IMG/VR virus record: IMGVR_UViG_3300033489_000054
Span: 1 to 24,409 of that record
Source: a virus
Lineage: Duplodnaviria; Caudoviricetes
Direction: 5' to 3' (one strand)
DNA: 24,409 nt
Shown in pieces: positions 1 through 8,167 of the stretch. The notes below the pieces were generated by a model that worked only from the letters and a program-made list of their open reading frames with translations, had not been told where the DNA came from and ran no database searches. Each line of letters opens with the position of its first letter. The first letter of the stretch is position 1. The translations under genes were made by a program, and so were the position numbers.

Positions 1-1
1 C

Positions 2-79
2 GGTAGAGAGCACCCCGCTGATTGCCAGCGCAGGTATGACAATATCTCAAAAGTAGTATCACGAAAGGGGAACAAATGA
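2..79 (+). CDS. 3' end of probable endolysin (partial)
   Basis: Frame reads GREHPADCQRRYDNISKVVSRKGNK*, resembling the C-terminal helix of GH19-type phage endolysins; lies directly upstream of holin/spanin genes. Only 25 codons are visible. Confidence 0.4.
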   Translation, partial: GREHPADCQRRYDNISKVVSRKGNK

Positions 80-228
80 ACATCTTTATTTTTATCTTGG
101 TAGCAGCGATTCTTTACTCTGTTGCAGGTTGCGTGTTTACAGTTATGGGTGCAATGGCAGAAGGTAAGTTAGAACTTAGCACCATATATCTCTGGCCGTT
201 CAAACTAATGGCACAGAATAAGGGATAA
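76..228 (+). CDS. small membrane protein (50 aa) in lysis cassette
   Basis: MNIFIFILVAAILYSVAGCVFTVMG...; SD AAAGGGG, ATGA overlap; hydrophobic N-terminal helix. Not in the ORF track. Confidence 0.6.
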   Translation: MNIFIFILVAAILYSVAGCVFTVMGAMAEGKLELSTIYLWPFKLMAQNKG

Positions 229-235
229 TTATAGC

Positions 236-553
236 GTGAAGTTTACTGAGTTTATACAAAAGCAATTTTCAGAGCCTGACGGGACACCCTCTAATAACAG
301 AGTAATGTTATTTTTATTGTTAACTACTTTAGCAGGGATATTAATAGGGGTGGCAATATCTCCCAACCTATCTATAAAGATAGTAGTCCCAGAGGTAAAC
401 GAATCCTTCTCTAGTCTTATTAAATGGTTAGCGGGGATTCTAGTTACTGGTGCGGCAGCAGGTAGAGCTGCGAGTGCATACAGTGATATTAGAAGTGGTA
501 ACACAACAGCATCTACAACACAAACTTCTACAACTACTGAAACAAAGGGGTAA
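236..553 (+). CDS. probable holin (2 TM segments)
   Basis: Two hydrophobic segments (VMLFLLLTTLAGILIGVAI; LIKWLAGILVTGAAAG) and a polar C-tail; located between endolysin and spanins. Confidence 0.6.
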   Translation: MKFTEFIQKQFSEPDGTPSNNRVMLFLLLTTLAGILIGVAISPNLSIKIVVPEVNESFSSLIKWLAGILVTGAAAGRAASAYSDIRSGNTTASTTQTSTTTETKG

Positions 554-557
554 TCTA

Positions 558-953
558 GTGGGAATCCTACAAGCAATTAACGCGGTATTAAGTATTAGAA
601 TTGTGCAGTACGCCCTAGTGGGTGCTGTCCTAGTGCTATCCATATTATCTGGAGTTCAGTCGATCAGACTCTATATTTCGCACAATCAAACTGCTAAAGC
701 ACAAGCGGGGTGGGAGTCAGCAAAGAAAGATATCATTATTCAAAACTCTTCAATCTTAACTTTAAAAGCAGCGGGAGATGCTAGAGTAAAACAGATGGCT
801 GTCGCCATTGATGCTGCTAAAGCTATTGGTGACATACAAGCAGTGAAGGCAAAGAATCTGCAAGCGAAGTTAGCTAACCTTCCTAAGAATGATTGTAAGG
901 GCGCAGTAAACGAGTTTATCAAATTGATTCCTGAGATAGTGGGTGACAAATGA
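558..953 (+). CDS. i-spanin (Rz-like)
   Basis: GTG at 558 after SD AAGGGG; N-terminal TM helix, Ala/Lys-rich helical periplasmic part with a C-terminal Cys; overlaps a lipoprotein gene. Confidence 0.7.
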   Translation: MGILQAINAVLSIRIVQYALVGAVLVLSILSGVQSIRLYISHNQTAKAQAGWESAKKDIIIQNSSILTLKAAGDARVKQMAVAIDAAKAIGDIQAVKAKNLQAKLANLPKNDCKGAVNEFIKLIPEIVGDK

Positions 954-1213
954 AAACCTTAACATTGACAATTTGCTTGGCGATTTGTCTGCTAATAACA
1001 GGCTGTGGCACTCTCTGCACCCCCACTAATATTGCCGTACCGGTGCTGGTTGACCTACCTGATTTCCCTGCAAGACCTGAGTTGCAGATTAAAATGCTGA
1101 AAGAGGGGGATACTGCGGATCAGGCTTTATCCGCGTGTGGGCAGGATATTAATATGTTATTAGGGCGTGAGGCCCAGTGGCAAGAGTTCTTGCTTAAATA
1201 TAAAGCACAATAA
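950..1213 (+). CDS. o-spanin (Rz1-like lipoprotein)
   Basis: Signal peptide with lipobox LITG-C, Pro-rich mature region, ATGA overlap with the i-spanin. Confidence 0.75.
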   Translation: MKTLTLTICLAICLLITGCGTLCTPTNIAVPVLVDLPDFPARPELQIKMLKEGDTADQALSACGQDINMLLGREAQWQEFLLKYKAQ

Positions 1214-1218
1214 CTTAA

Positions 1219-1227
1219 TGGTATAAT
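1219..1227 (+). promoter_or_regulatory. possible extended -10 sigma70 promoter
   Basis: TGGTATAAT (TGn-TATAAT) upstream of ORF 1281; no good -35. Confidence 0.35.
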
Positions 1228-1280
1228 GGATATCCTCACAGGATATACACACAATCAATGGAGTTGATAGGATACTTATA

Positions 1281-1685
1281 TTGAAATTAACTAAAGAACT
1301 GAAAGAACTAATATCTAAGTGGAAGAAGATTCTTAAATTAGAGGATTGGGATTTAGATATACAGTTAGAGTGTCCTAAAAAATACAGAGAGATTGAAGAA
1401 GCTGTAGGATTTGAGTCTGGTTACTCTAGGGGTATGAATACTTCTACTGAAGAGAGACAACACAGTTTAATTATTTTAAGTAATGAATCAGGAGATACCT
1501 TAGAAGAGTATTTAATACATGAATTAATTCACACCATAACAAATGAAATGGTTGAGTTTAACGATACTCTAATAGAGTTAGTAATTAATGAAGAAACTAA
1601 ATCTGTTTTAAAAACTAGAGGGTTAGATATATTAGAAAAACTGGTGTGGAAACTAACTCGGATTGTTTCAGAGTTAGATAAATAA
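1281..1685 (+). CDS. HExxH zinc metallopeptidase-like protein
   Basis: YLIHELIH motif preceded by W...L.L.DW segment typical of small phage zincin-like proteins; TTG start. Confidence 0.6.
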   Translation: MKLTKELKELISKWKKILKLEDWDLDIQLECPKKYREIEEAVGFESGYSRGMNTSTEERQHSLIILSNESGDTLEEYLIHELIHTITNEMVEFNDTLIELVINEETKSVLKTRGLDILEKLVWKLTRIVSELDK

Positions 1686-1688
1686 ATA

Positions 1689-1709
1689 AGGGGGTCATAA
1701 AGACCCCCT
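1689..1709. terminator. probable bidirectional intrinsic terminator
   Basis: AGGGGGTC-ATAAA-GACCCCCT stem flanked by A-rich and T-rich tracts, between convergent + and - gene blocks. Confidence 0.8.
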
Positions 1710-1731
1710 ATTCTATTTAATGTACCTTACA

Positions 1732-2034
1732 CTACTCATTCATCATACTAAACAAAGTTTTTTGTTTTTCTTTAGATCGTAACAATCTAATTGCTTCTCT
1801 ACAACTTCCCGAACCCACTACATAATCGTCACACATCTTAGGTCTATCCTCATAAGCAGCACAAACACCATCCACGAGATTCCTACAAGGACAAAACATT
1901 CGCACACACCCATTCTCTAAGTTACCATGTAATTCCACCCAATGTATTTCATCATCAGACCAGCCCCATTGTCTAGGAGACACGATAATTGTCTCACAAC
2001 AAGCACCTTTACACACACTACATATGTTATTCAT
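1732..2034 (-). CDS. YkgJ-like CxxCxxCC cysteine-cluster protein
   Basis: CSVCKGACC ... CRNL..GVCAAYEDRPKMC matches the CxxCxxCC family; start re-placed at ATG 2034 (SD GGAG). Confidence 0.75.
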   Translation of the reverse strand: MNNICSVCKGACCETIIVSPRQWGWSDDEIHWVELHGNLENGCVRMFCPCRNLVDGVCAAYEDRPKMCDDYVVGSGSCREAIRLLRSKEKQKTLFSMMNE

Positions 2035-2197
2035 ATTGTAACTCCAATCTTTCCCCGCATAGCGGACAATACTTGAATATAACATCAAGTCCTTCACAAA
2101 AATTATTGGGGTGTTTTGGTTTATAATTTAACCAAGCTTCATCTACACCTTCTTCATAACTAAATATGTGTTCACAGTAATCTTTTTCAGATTCCAC
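2027..2197 (-). CDS. small zinc-ribbon protein (56 aa)
   Basis: GTG after SD GAGGAG; ends FKYCPLCGERLELQYE. Confidence 0.6.
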   Translation of the reverse strand: MESEKDYCEHIFSYEEGVDEAWLNYKPKHPNNFCEGLDVIFKYCPLCGERLELQYE

Positions 2198-2393
2198 AAA
2201 TAGCTCCTCTCAAAATTTGAGATATGGTTCCCTGCTTAGTTTGAAACTTATCTGCTATTTTTTGTTGAGACCACCCTAAAATTCTTAAGTTAAACATATG
2301 TTCTACTTGTTCTACTGTAAAACTATATTTTCGTCTGTTTTTATTTGATTGTATTATACCTTCTCTACGATACTCTGTTTTACGACTATATAT
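2187..2393 (-). CDS. stand-alone HTH DNA-binding protein (68 aa, inferred ATA start)
   Basis: FTVEQVEHMFNLRILGWSQQKIADKFQTKQGTISQILRG is an HTH like the C-termini of the HNH proteins here; SD AAGGAGG lies 7 nt before ATA at 2393. Confidence 0.6.
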   Translation of the reverse strand: MYSRKTEYRREGIIQSNKNRRKYSFTVEQVEHMFNLRILGWSQQKIADKFQTKQGTISQILRGAICGI

Positions 2394-2601
2394 TTAAAAC
2401 CCTCCTTGCCCACACACGGCCTTCATTATTTTTAATTAGCATTTTAATATCCTCTATATCTTCTTCTTTAGGATCATCAAAATCTGAACCGTACATGAGT
2501 GCTTCAAGAATATCTTTAGGTAAAACTGTTCTAGCTATAGTGTACAGAAGATTTAAGTCGAAGTTCAACTGCTGTAGTGTTGGTATCATATATCCCCACA
2601 A
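2386..2601 (-). CDS. hypothetical protein
   Basis: ORF packed between neighbours; likely start ATG 2589. Confidence 0.55.
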   Translation of the reverse strand: MWGYMIPTLQQLNFDLNLLYTIARTVLPKDILEALMYGSDFDDPKEEDIEDIKMLIKNNEGRVWARRVLNI

Positions 2602-2942
2602 TCTCTTTGGTTTTGCTCTTCCATAATAATACCTTTTGCAAGTATCATGTAATTAATAACATCATCAAACGCATCCAGAACCCCCTCACCCTCAACAAGA
2701 AGGGCACCCTTAGTTGTATGAGTTTGAATACGTTTAAACTTATCTATACAACGAATAAGAATACCAATAATAGGGTGTACTCCAAGAATAGCAGAATCTT
2801 TAAAATTAGCAAATACAGAACCGCCGGAAGTGTAATCATGGTTTTTTTTCTTCATTACTTCTAAACAATTCTCACAAGTATCTTTATGAAGTGCTAATAA
2901 CTCATCAACAGACATTGTATATTTTACACTTGCACTATTCAT
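2586..2942 (-). CDS. DUF1599 / nucleotide-modification-associated (MazG-like helical) protein
   Basis: KKNHDY...FANF, R..DK..R, D...D.INY motifs. Confidence 0.7.
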   Translation of the reverse strand: MNSASVKYTMSVDELLALHKDTCENCLEVMKKKNHDYTSGGSVFANFKDSAILGVHPIIGILIRCIDKFKRIQTHTTKGALLVEGEGVLDAFDDVINYMILAKGIIMEEQNQRDCGDI

Positions 2943-3087
2943 ACTTTAAAGTATCCTCTGCTCTATCCTTCAATCTTAAACAGTAGGGAGAACAAACTGG
3001 CATCCAATCTTTTCCTTCACGAATATAATAAGGAGCTGTATCAAACTCTTTACCACAAACAGTACAAACACGAATCATTTCTGACAT
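2935..3087 (-). CDS. small zinc-finger protein (TRASH/MYM-like)
   Basis: MSEMIRVCTVCGKEF...VCSPYC; not in the ORF track. Confidence 0.6.
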   Translation of the reverse strand: MSEMIRVCTVCGKEFDTAPYYIREGKDWMPVCSPYCLRLKDRAEDTLKYE

Positions 3088-3410
3088 TATCTAGACCCCC
3101 ATATTATTTCAATAAAATTATCATGATTAATCTCAACCCTAGCTACAAAAAACTCATGACCGTGTTGCATAGGATGTTTTCTCCAAAACCATTTACTAAC
3201 ATATTCAGCAAAACACTTCACCCAATCTCTATCGTAGTCTCCGATATCTGGATATCTATTAGGATAAGAGTCTGTGTTTAATGTGAATATCCCCCCACCA
3301 TCTGCCATTATTGTTATATTGTTTATTATATTATATCTAGTCTCTACATAACTAGGTACACCATCATAAATAGCTAGTAATACAAATCGGGGTACAATAT
3401 CTTTATTCAT
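3087..3410 (-). CDS. hypothetical protein
   Basis: 107 aa ORF with SD AGGAG and ATGA overlap. Confidence 0.65.
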   Translation of the reverse strand: MNKDIVPRFVLLAIYDGVPSYVETRYNIINNITIMADGGGIFTLNTDSYPNRYPDIGDYDRDWVKCFAEYVSKWFWRKHPMQHGHEFFVARVEINHDNFIEIIWGSR

Positions 3411-3607
3411 TCTTCTCCTAATTTGCCACGCAAACCCTTGTCAACTTTGTTAACTCTAAAGGTCTTAGGTTGTTTTTGCTCAATAAAAATAAAATAATCA
3501 CACTTAGAGCACCACTCTTCGTCTTCAGTTTCATTAAGATATTCTTTACAAATTGGACATAATTTTAGTTTCATCATCCCACCCTTCTTCATCGTACCAA
3601 TATTCAC
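3407..3607 (-). CDS. small zinc-ribbon protein
   Basis: CPIC...CSKC; true start probably at MMKLKL. Confidence 0.55.
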   Translation of the reverse strand: MNIGTMKKGGMMKLKLCPICKEYLNETEDEEWCSKCDYFIFIEQKQPKTFRVNKVDKGLRGKLGEE

Positions 3608-3836
3608 AGCAGGGGTAATGCCTACCTTCTGTATCTTCTGCTTGAATATAAATTATTTTAGTGTCATCATCGTATAGTTGTTCATACGTTGGTTCAGACC
3701 CATCTACTAAATAAGCTACATCGTTACAAGAACAACCTCTTGGTACACAAGTATCACAGAAATCTAAGTTCTCTTCCTCATGTTGGGGCATGTACGACCA
3801 TGTAGCCATTTTACCACAAGCACATTTAACTTTCAT
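3546..3836 (-). CDS. Cys-rich hypothetical protein
   Basis: CACGK...FCDTCVPRGCSCN...GRHYPCCEY; start re-placed at MKVKC. Confidence 0.6.
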   Translation of the reverse strand: MKVKCACGKMATWSYMPQHEEENLDFCDTCVPRGCSCNDVAYLVDGSEPTYEQLYDDDTKIIYIQAEDTEGRHYPCCEYWYDEEGWDDETKIMSNL

Positions 3837-3837
3837 A

Positions 3838-3942
3838 TTAGACTTCCCACTCCTCACCACAATCTATACAGAAGTTATAAAAATCAAACGAATGACAATT
3901 AATATTTGTACTACCACATTTAAGACAGACTTTAATTTTCAT
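3838..3942 (-). CDS. micro zinc-ribbon protein (34 aa)
   Basis: MKIKVCLKCGSTNINCHSFDFYNFCIDCGEEWEV; ATGA overlap with the HNH gene. Confidence 0.55.
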   Translation of the reverse strand: MKIKVCLKCGSTNINCHSFDFYNFCIDCGEEWEV

Positions 3943-4430
3943 ATGTGTGCCCACCGCTTTCTAGAACAAATATTAGAAATATGCATTTGAGATATATTTA
4001 ATCTCCTACTAATACTATTTTGAGACTCCCCATTAGTATATGCTTCTCTTATCATTAACACATTTTCTTCAGTAAGTTTTGCTTGTGGATGTTGTTCGCC
4101 ACATTTAGGAAATAAATTTTTAGAAAAGAAATTATCTGCACCTTTAGTAGTATATTTACGTCCTTTCAAAACCATGTCTTGCATATTATCTGATCGAGTT
4201 CCTACAGATAGGTGTTTGGGATTGCAGCATCTAGGATTGTCACAACGATGTAGAACACATAGGTCTTTAGGCATTTCTTTATTATTTTCTAAAGCCCGCG
4301 CTAACCTATGTGCCCCAACCTTTATGCCTTGATACCTGAATCTACCATAACCGCGTCCATTAGTACTAGCTAACCAATTCCAACAGTCGTCTTCCCCACA
4401 AACATCAACTTTAGTCCAAAATAAATTCAC
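3939..4430 (-). CDS. HNH homing endonuclease with C-terminal HTH
   Basis: CWNW...GYG...AHR...VLHRCDNPRCCNPKHL..GT..DN..D; AKLTEENV...HTH. Confidence 0.9.
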   Translation of the reverse strand: MNLFWTKVDVCGEDDCWNWLASTNGRGYGRFRYQGIKVGAHRLARALENNKEMPKDLCVLHRCDNPRCCNPKHLSVGTRSDNMQDMVLKGRKYTTKGADNFFSKNLFPKCGEQHPQAKLTEENVLMIREAYTNGESQNSISRRLNISQMHISNICSRKRWAHI

Positions 4431-4432
4431 AA

Positions 4433-5197
4433 CTATTTTCCATATTTATTTTTTAAATATTTTAAACTTAAAGGTAATTCATCAAAATCGCCGTTGTCTA
4501 CATCATTTAATTGAAAACACCCACGCCAATGTACATTAGTTTGTGCATTCAGATACTCCTCCTCATGTTGATAATATGATCCTGCGATAATGGCTGTCAT
4601 TGTTCTTCCGTCAGCACTTTTACTATAGGCAAGGTCTTTTCCTTGCAGATGACCAGCTACACAACTCATATGGTGCTTAGTCAGGAGCATCCTAGCTGAA
4701 CCTACTGGTCTACCCATGACCCCAGATACGAAGTAATGGCTAAAAGCTACACCTTCAATAACTTTAACTTGGAGATATGGTATTACATCCCAACCCCACT
4801 CCTCATATAATAAATCATCTACAGAAATTAATCCATCAAGTTTTGAATCGTTATTAACAGCTCTGTTAATTCTATTCTCATGGTTGCCTAACAGCATAGT
4901 TAATTTAGGATTCCATTGCCTCTCTTTATTTCTACGAAGACGATATTGTTCATCTCTAATTGGACCTAGAAAGTAACGTAAACCTTCTTGAGCCACACCA
5001 ATATCATAAGTATATCGCCTACCTTCAAAGGATTTTTTGCCTATATCATAGGAAGATAGAGATTCCATATCAGCAAAATCACCAAGACAAACGATGTGAT
5101 CTACGTGCTTCTCAGCACACCAACGTCCTGCATATTCTAAATGCTCTAAAGGTGTGTTAGGTTTTACGTGAGCGTCAGGTAGTACGAATATTTTCAT
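4433..5197 (-). CDS. calcineurin-like metallophosphoesterase
   Basis: DxH (PDAH), GDFAD, GNHE, SHY, GHLQ motifs. Confidence 0.9.
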   Translation of the reverse strand: MKIFVLPDAHVKPNTPLEHLEYAGRWCAEKHVDHIVCLGDFADMESLSSYDIGKKSFEGRRYTYDIGVAQEGLRYFLGPIRDEQYRLRRNKERQWNPKLTMLLGNHENRINRAVNNDSKLDGLISVDDLLYEEWGWDVIPYLQVKVIEGVAFSHYFVSGVMGRPVGSARMLLTKHHMSCVAGHLQGKDLAYSKSADGRTMTAIIAGSYYQHEEEYLNAQTNVHWRGCFQLNDVDNGDFDELPLSLKYLKNKYGK

Positions 5198-5332
5198 CTA
5201 AATCCCCCAAATAATAGTGAGTATACTCAATCCAATAAGTCCTACTCCCAACCCTGTAATTATTTCATTCTCGTCGGCTAACCATAAACCCACACCTACT
5301 ATTAATAGTGTAGCAGCTATCCTAGCAATCAT
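5198..5332 (-). CDS. small 2-TM membrane protein (44 aa)
   Basis: MIARIAATLLIVGVGLWLADENEIITGLGVGLIGLSILTIIWGI; ATGA overlap. Confidence 0.6.
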   Translation of the reverse strand: MIARIAATLLIVGVGLWLADENEIITGLGVGLIGLSILTIIWGI

Positions 5333-5763
5333 TTTTTAGAATCCTCAATCCATTCTTGGGGTACAACTTCTCCGAAAGCATACACCATCCCTTTCTTATC
5401 GCACCATGTACTATACTTCGTAGTAGAGTTCTTAGAAATCTTTTGATCCCTCTGAAATAATATTCTAATATCTACATCGGGGTTCATCTCTCTAACAGCT
5501 ACGTGCTTCTTCCTGTCTTGTGCAGTAAACCTGCCCTTAACTTCTACAATTATAGACCCGATAATGAAATCTGGTATGTATTTACCACGTTTGATTGGTT
5601 CTTTGCAGGAGGGGCAGTATTCTTTGATGTAAGGAAGTTCTACAGTCTCATACTCGTATTTAATTTTTCTATTATCTAGGTCTTCTCTAACTCTTGCTTC
5701 TAGACCGCTGCGTACCTCTCGACGATCCCAATAGGTAGCTCTTGATACCTTTTCTTTGCTCAA
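5329..5763 (-). CDS. T7 endonuclease I-like Holliday junction resolvase
   Basis: RSGLE...YEYE...YIPDF...EVKGRF...DRKKH...DIR.LF aligns by eye with T7 gp3. Confidence 0.9.
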   Translation of the reverse strand: MSKEKVSRATYWDRREVRSGLEARVREDLDNRKIKYEYETVELPYIKEYCPSCKEPIKRGKYIPDFIIGSIIVEVKGRFTAQDRKKHVAVREMNPDVDIRILFQRDQKISKNSTTKYSTWCDKKGMVYAFGEVVPQEWIEDSKK

Positions 5764-5856
5764 TAGTTAAATCTCCCTTTCGTCTACAATCACAACTCTC
5801 TTGTAAGATTCGTAAGAATAAGGATTGTAGAGCGAAGAATAATTTAGAATCTAATT

Positions 5857-6057
5857 TCATATCTGTCCTTCAAACCTACACGCGCACCTATTATCAAACT
5901 CCGGCATTTGAAAATCACCACAAATAAGGCATTTTTTATATGCTTGTATTACACTTCGAAAGTTATTTAAGTGTGGGTATTCTTTCTGTAGCTCTGCGTA
6001 CTCTATTTGATTCTCTGGAATTTTATGGATAGTATTTTCTTTCTCAATGTATTTCAT
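5857..6057 (-). CDS. hypothetical Cys-containing protein
   Basis: 66 aa ORF, CLIC...CAC. Confidence 0.5.
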   Translation of the reverse strand: MKYIEKENTIHKIPENQIEYAELQKEYPHLNNFRSVIQAYKKCLICGDFQMPEFDNRCACRFEGQI

Positions 6058-6128
6058 TTAAAACCTATCAGAATAAAGTATTACAAATATAAAACAAGAT
6101 AAAAATGTAGCTACTGCAAGCCACTCGT

Positions 6129-6398
6129 TCACTTGTTTTTGCTTCCTTTCGACCTGCCTCCGTTGTGCAATTCAGGATCAATTGTATTATGCTCCCCTCT
6201 TGTCACTACTTTCATATTATCTGTAGAACCATTACCATCTTGATTACCATCCTTGTGATGTACAATCTCATTAGGTCTTAGCTTCCTACCAAGCTTCTTT
6301 TCCATTTCTAATCTATGTGTGTAAACATATTTCCCTGGCTTTTCACCTTCACCGGGTACGTAAGTCATTGTATGACCGCTTTGCATGTGCTTAGGCAT
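6129..6398 (-). CDS. small HNH endonuclease-domain protein
   Basis: YTHRLEME..LGRKL...EIVHHKDGN....N......EH; SD GGGGAG. Confidence 0.85.
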   Translation of the reverse strand: MPKHMQSGHTMTYVPGEGEKPGKYVYTHRLEMEKKLGRKLRPNEIVHHKDGNQDGNGSTDNMKVVTRGEHNTIDPELHNGGRSKGSKNK

Positions 6399-6552
6399 TT
6401 ATACTCCCCTTATAGTAATAGTATCGTACAGGCGTAAAGTAATCACATAATCCCACATATCTACATATATCACAGTTCCCTATGCATGGAAGTGGCTCTT
6501 CTGCATCATATATTTTATTAATTATAGAAACTCTAGTTGCTCTCCCTATCAT
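6391..6552 (-). CDS. small Cys-cluster protein (53 aa)
   Basis: MIGRATRV...CIGNCDICRYVGLC...; TAATG coupling with the sigma gene. Confidence 0.5.
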   Translation of the reverse strand: MIGRATRVSIINKIYDAEEPLPCIGNCDICRYVGLCDYFTPVRYYYYKGSINA

Positions 6553-7292
6553 TAATACTCTCCTGTCGGTTCTACCGACTCTGCTAGCAAAGCTAGCTTC
6601 AATATCTTTATAATCTTTTGTAACAATTGAGATATCCTAGACTCCTGTAAATTTAAAAATAAACCAATCTGACGCATAGGTAATTCTTCATAAAAGTAAA
6701 GACAGAAAATAACCCTCTCTCGTTCTGGAAGTGCGTAGATATTTTCAATTAAATTGTTTATAAATTCTTTTGATAACAACAAGTTATCTGGAATATAAAA
6801 CGAGTCCTGTTCTAAATCAACAGTAGGCACACCTTCTTCACAAGGATTGTCTACACTATCTTCCTGTATCTGCCTAGTCTCTAAAACATAATCATAATAC
6901 TTTTCTAAAGGTACTTGTAATTTCTCAGCTATCTCAACGAAGGTGCTCTCTCTTCCTAACTCGTGCTCCAGATAAGATATTGCTTGTTCTACCTTCTTTA
7001 CTTTAGTTCTGTTACTTCTGGAAAGGTGGTCCTCTGATCTGAAGAAATCCAGAATAGCTCCGTATACTTTCCTCCTAGCGTAAGTAGACAACTTAGTTCC
7101 AAAGGTAGTCTTATAGTTATCGACAGCATTGATTAAACCTATAGTACCAATAGAGATTAAATCTTCGTTATCTGAGATGGTATTAAATCTCTTTCGTATT
7201 TTAAACACAATTATATGAACAATATATAAATGCTTTAGAATAAGCTGTTCCCTAATCTGTTTGAATGTATATTTTATGATATCTCTTTTGAT
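6552..7292 (-). CDS. RNA polymerase sigma factor, FliA/WhiG (sigma-28)-like
   Basis: EDLISIGTIGLINAVDNY, TYA....GAILDFFR.ED.LSRS.R, region 4 LYFYEEL...IG..L...ESRISQ. Frame is open upstream of GTG 7208 through REQLILKHLYIV; start at 7292 (ATC) is inferred. Confidence 0.9.
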   Translation of the reverse strand: MKRDIIKYTFKQIREQLILKHLYIVHIIVFKIRKRFNTISDNEDLISIGTIGLINAVDNYKTTFGTKLSTYARRKVYGAILDFFRSEDHLSRSNRTKVKKVEQAISYLEHELGRESTFVEIAEKLQVPLEKYYDYVLETRQIQEDSVDNPCEEGVPTVDLEQDSFYIPDNLLLSKEFINNLIENIYALPERERVIFCLYFYEELPMRQIGLFLNLQESRISQLLQKIIKILKLALLAESVEPTGEY

Positions 7293-8167
7293 TTTAAATA
7301 CTCCTGATGTATACTACAAAATGAAGATACGTTGCAATATTCTTCACAGCGAATCCGCTTTCCAGACCGTATTTGAATAAACTCCCCACCACTTTTTTTA
7401 GTTACATTTGAAATTAATTCTATTAAAAAAGCTTTAGCTTCTTCCTCTGTATCAAATACCCGTACTGCTGTCTTTCTTCCTTCTTTCATAACAGCGTATG
7501 TGGAGGGTCGTTCCCACATATCAGAAGAAGTACATAACGGGAGAGCAAAATCTTTCTTATCCTCTGCTTCTTTTTGTTCATATACCCGTTCTACAATATA
7601 ATCTTGTTGTTCGTCTAAACTCCAGAGAGTTATTGGAATAATCTTAATTGGTGTTTGTGGATAATCTTGATTCTGTAGTGCCTTATTACGATCCCAGTCC
7701 CTCAAAATAGTTACAATACGAATACGCTCTACTGGTAGACCACTCTTAGTGCAGAGATAAGCATACATATTAAGCTGCTCTTCCCATTCTTTAACACGAG
7801 AACCATAAACAAGAGTCCAAGCAGATGTAACTTTATAATCTGTGATAACACCATCTTTATAATGGTCAACCTGACCAGAAATAATTCTATCTAATATATT
7901 AAGATAAAATCTTTTCTCCGTAACTGCATCATCTGAGCCGTGCTCTTCTAACATATTGTGAGCCATGCTGCCAAACATGCTCCACAAATTATCAATAACA
8001 TCTTCTGTCAGTTCTTCTTTATGCCTACGTTGAAGTTGCACAATACGAGGAGGGGTCTTTAGGGTAGTCACACTATAATCGCTGTGCTCAGAACCTTTAT
8101 CGTACCTGTCTTTAGATAAAACCTTTGCCACTTCATCTGGAAGTCCGTGCACATTTGTAAAAATCAT
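7274..8167 (-). CDS. PD-(D/E)XK exonuclease (RecB/Cas4-like)
   Basis: SVTTL, G...H..LE, SGQVD, DYK, QLNMY motifs; C-terminal CEEYC.VSSFC. Confidence 0.85.
   Translation of the reverse strand: MIFTNVHGLPDEVAKVLSKDRYDKGSEHSDYSVTTLKTPPRIVQLQRRHKEELTEDVIDNLWSMFGSMAHNMLEEHGSDDAVTEKRFYLNILDRIISGQVDHYKDGVITDYKVTSAWTLVYGSRVKEWEEQLNMYAYLCTKSGLPVERIRIVTILRDWDRNKALQNQDYPQTPIKIIPITLWSLDEQQDYIVERVYEQKEAEDKKDFALPLCTSSDMWERPSTYAVMKEGRKTAVRVFDTEEEAKAFLIELISNVTKKSGGEFIQIRSGKRIRCEEYCNVSSFCSIHQEYLKSKEIS

Noticed and set aside
58-79. Endolysin tail SRKGNK* (and KLGEE* at 3407) as members of the TKLGN tag family
   Set aside because: Wrong register and no terminal hydrophobic residue; explained by SD overlap. 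They do show that SDs can generate KG/LG/GN near gene ends.
229-949. - strand ORFs 229-576, 440-643 and 740-949
   Set aside because: Antisense to the holin and spanin genes.
7274-8167. Cas4 as part of a CRISPR system
   Set aside because: No repeat-spacer array or other cas genes; this nuclease type is common in phage replication modules.
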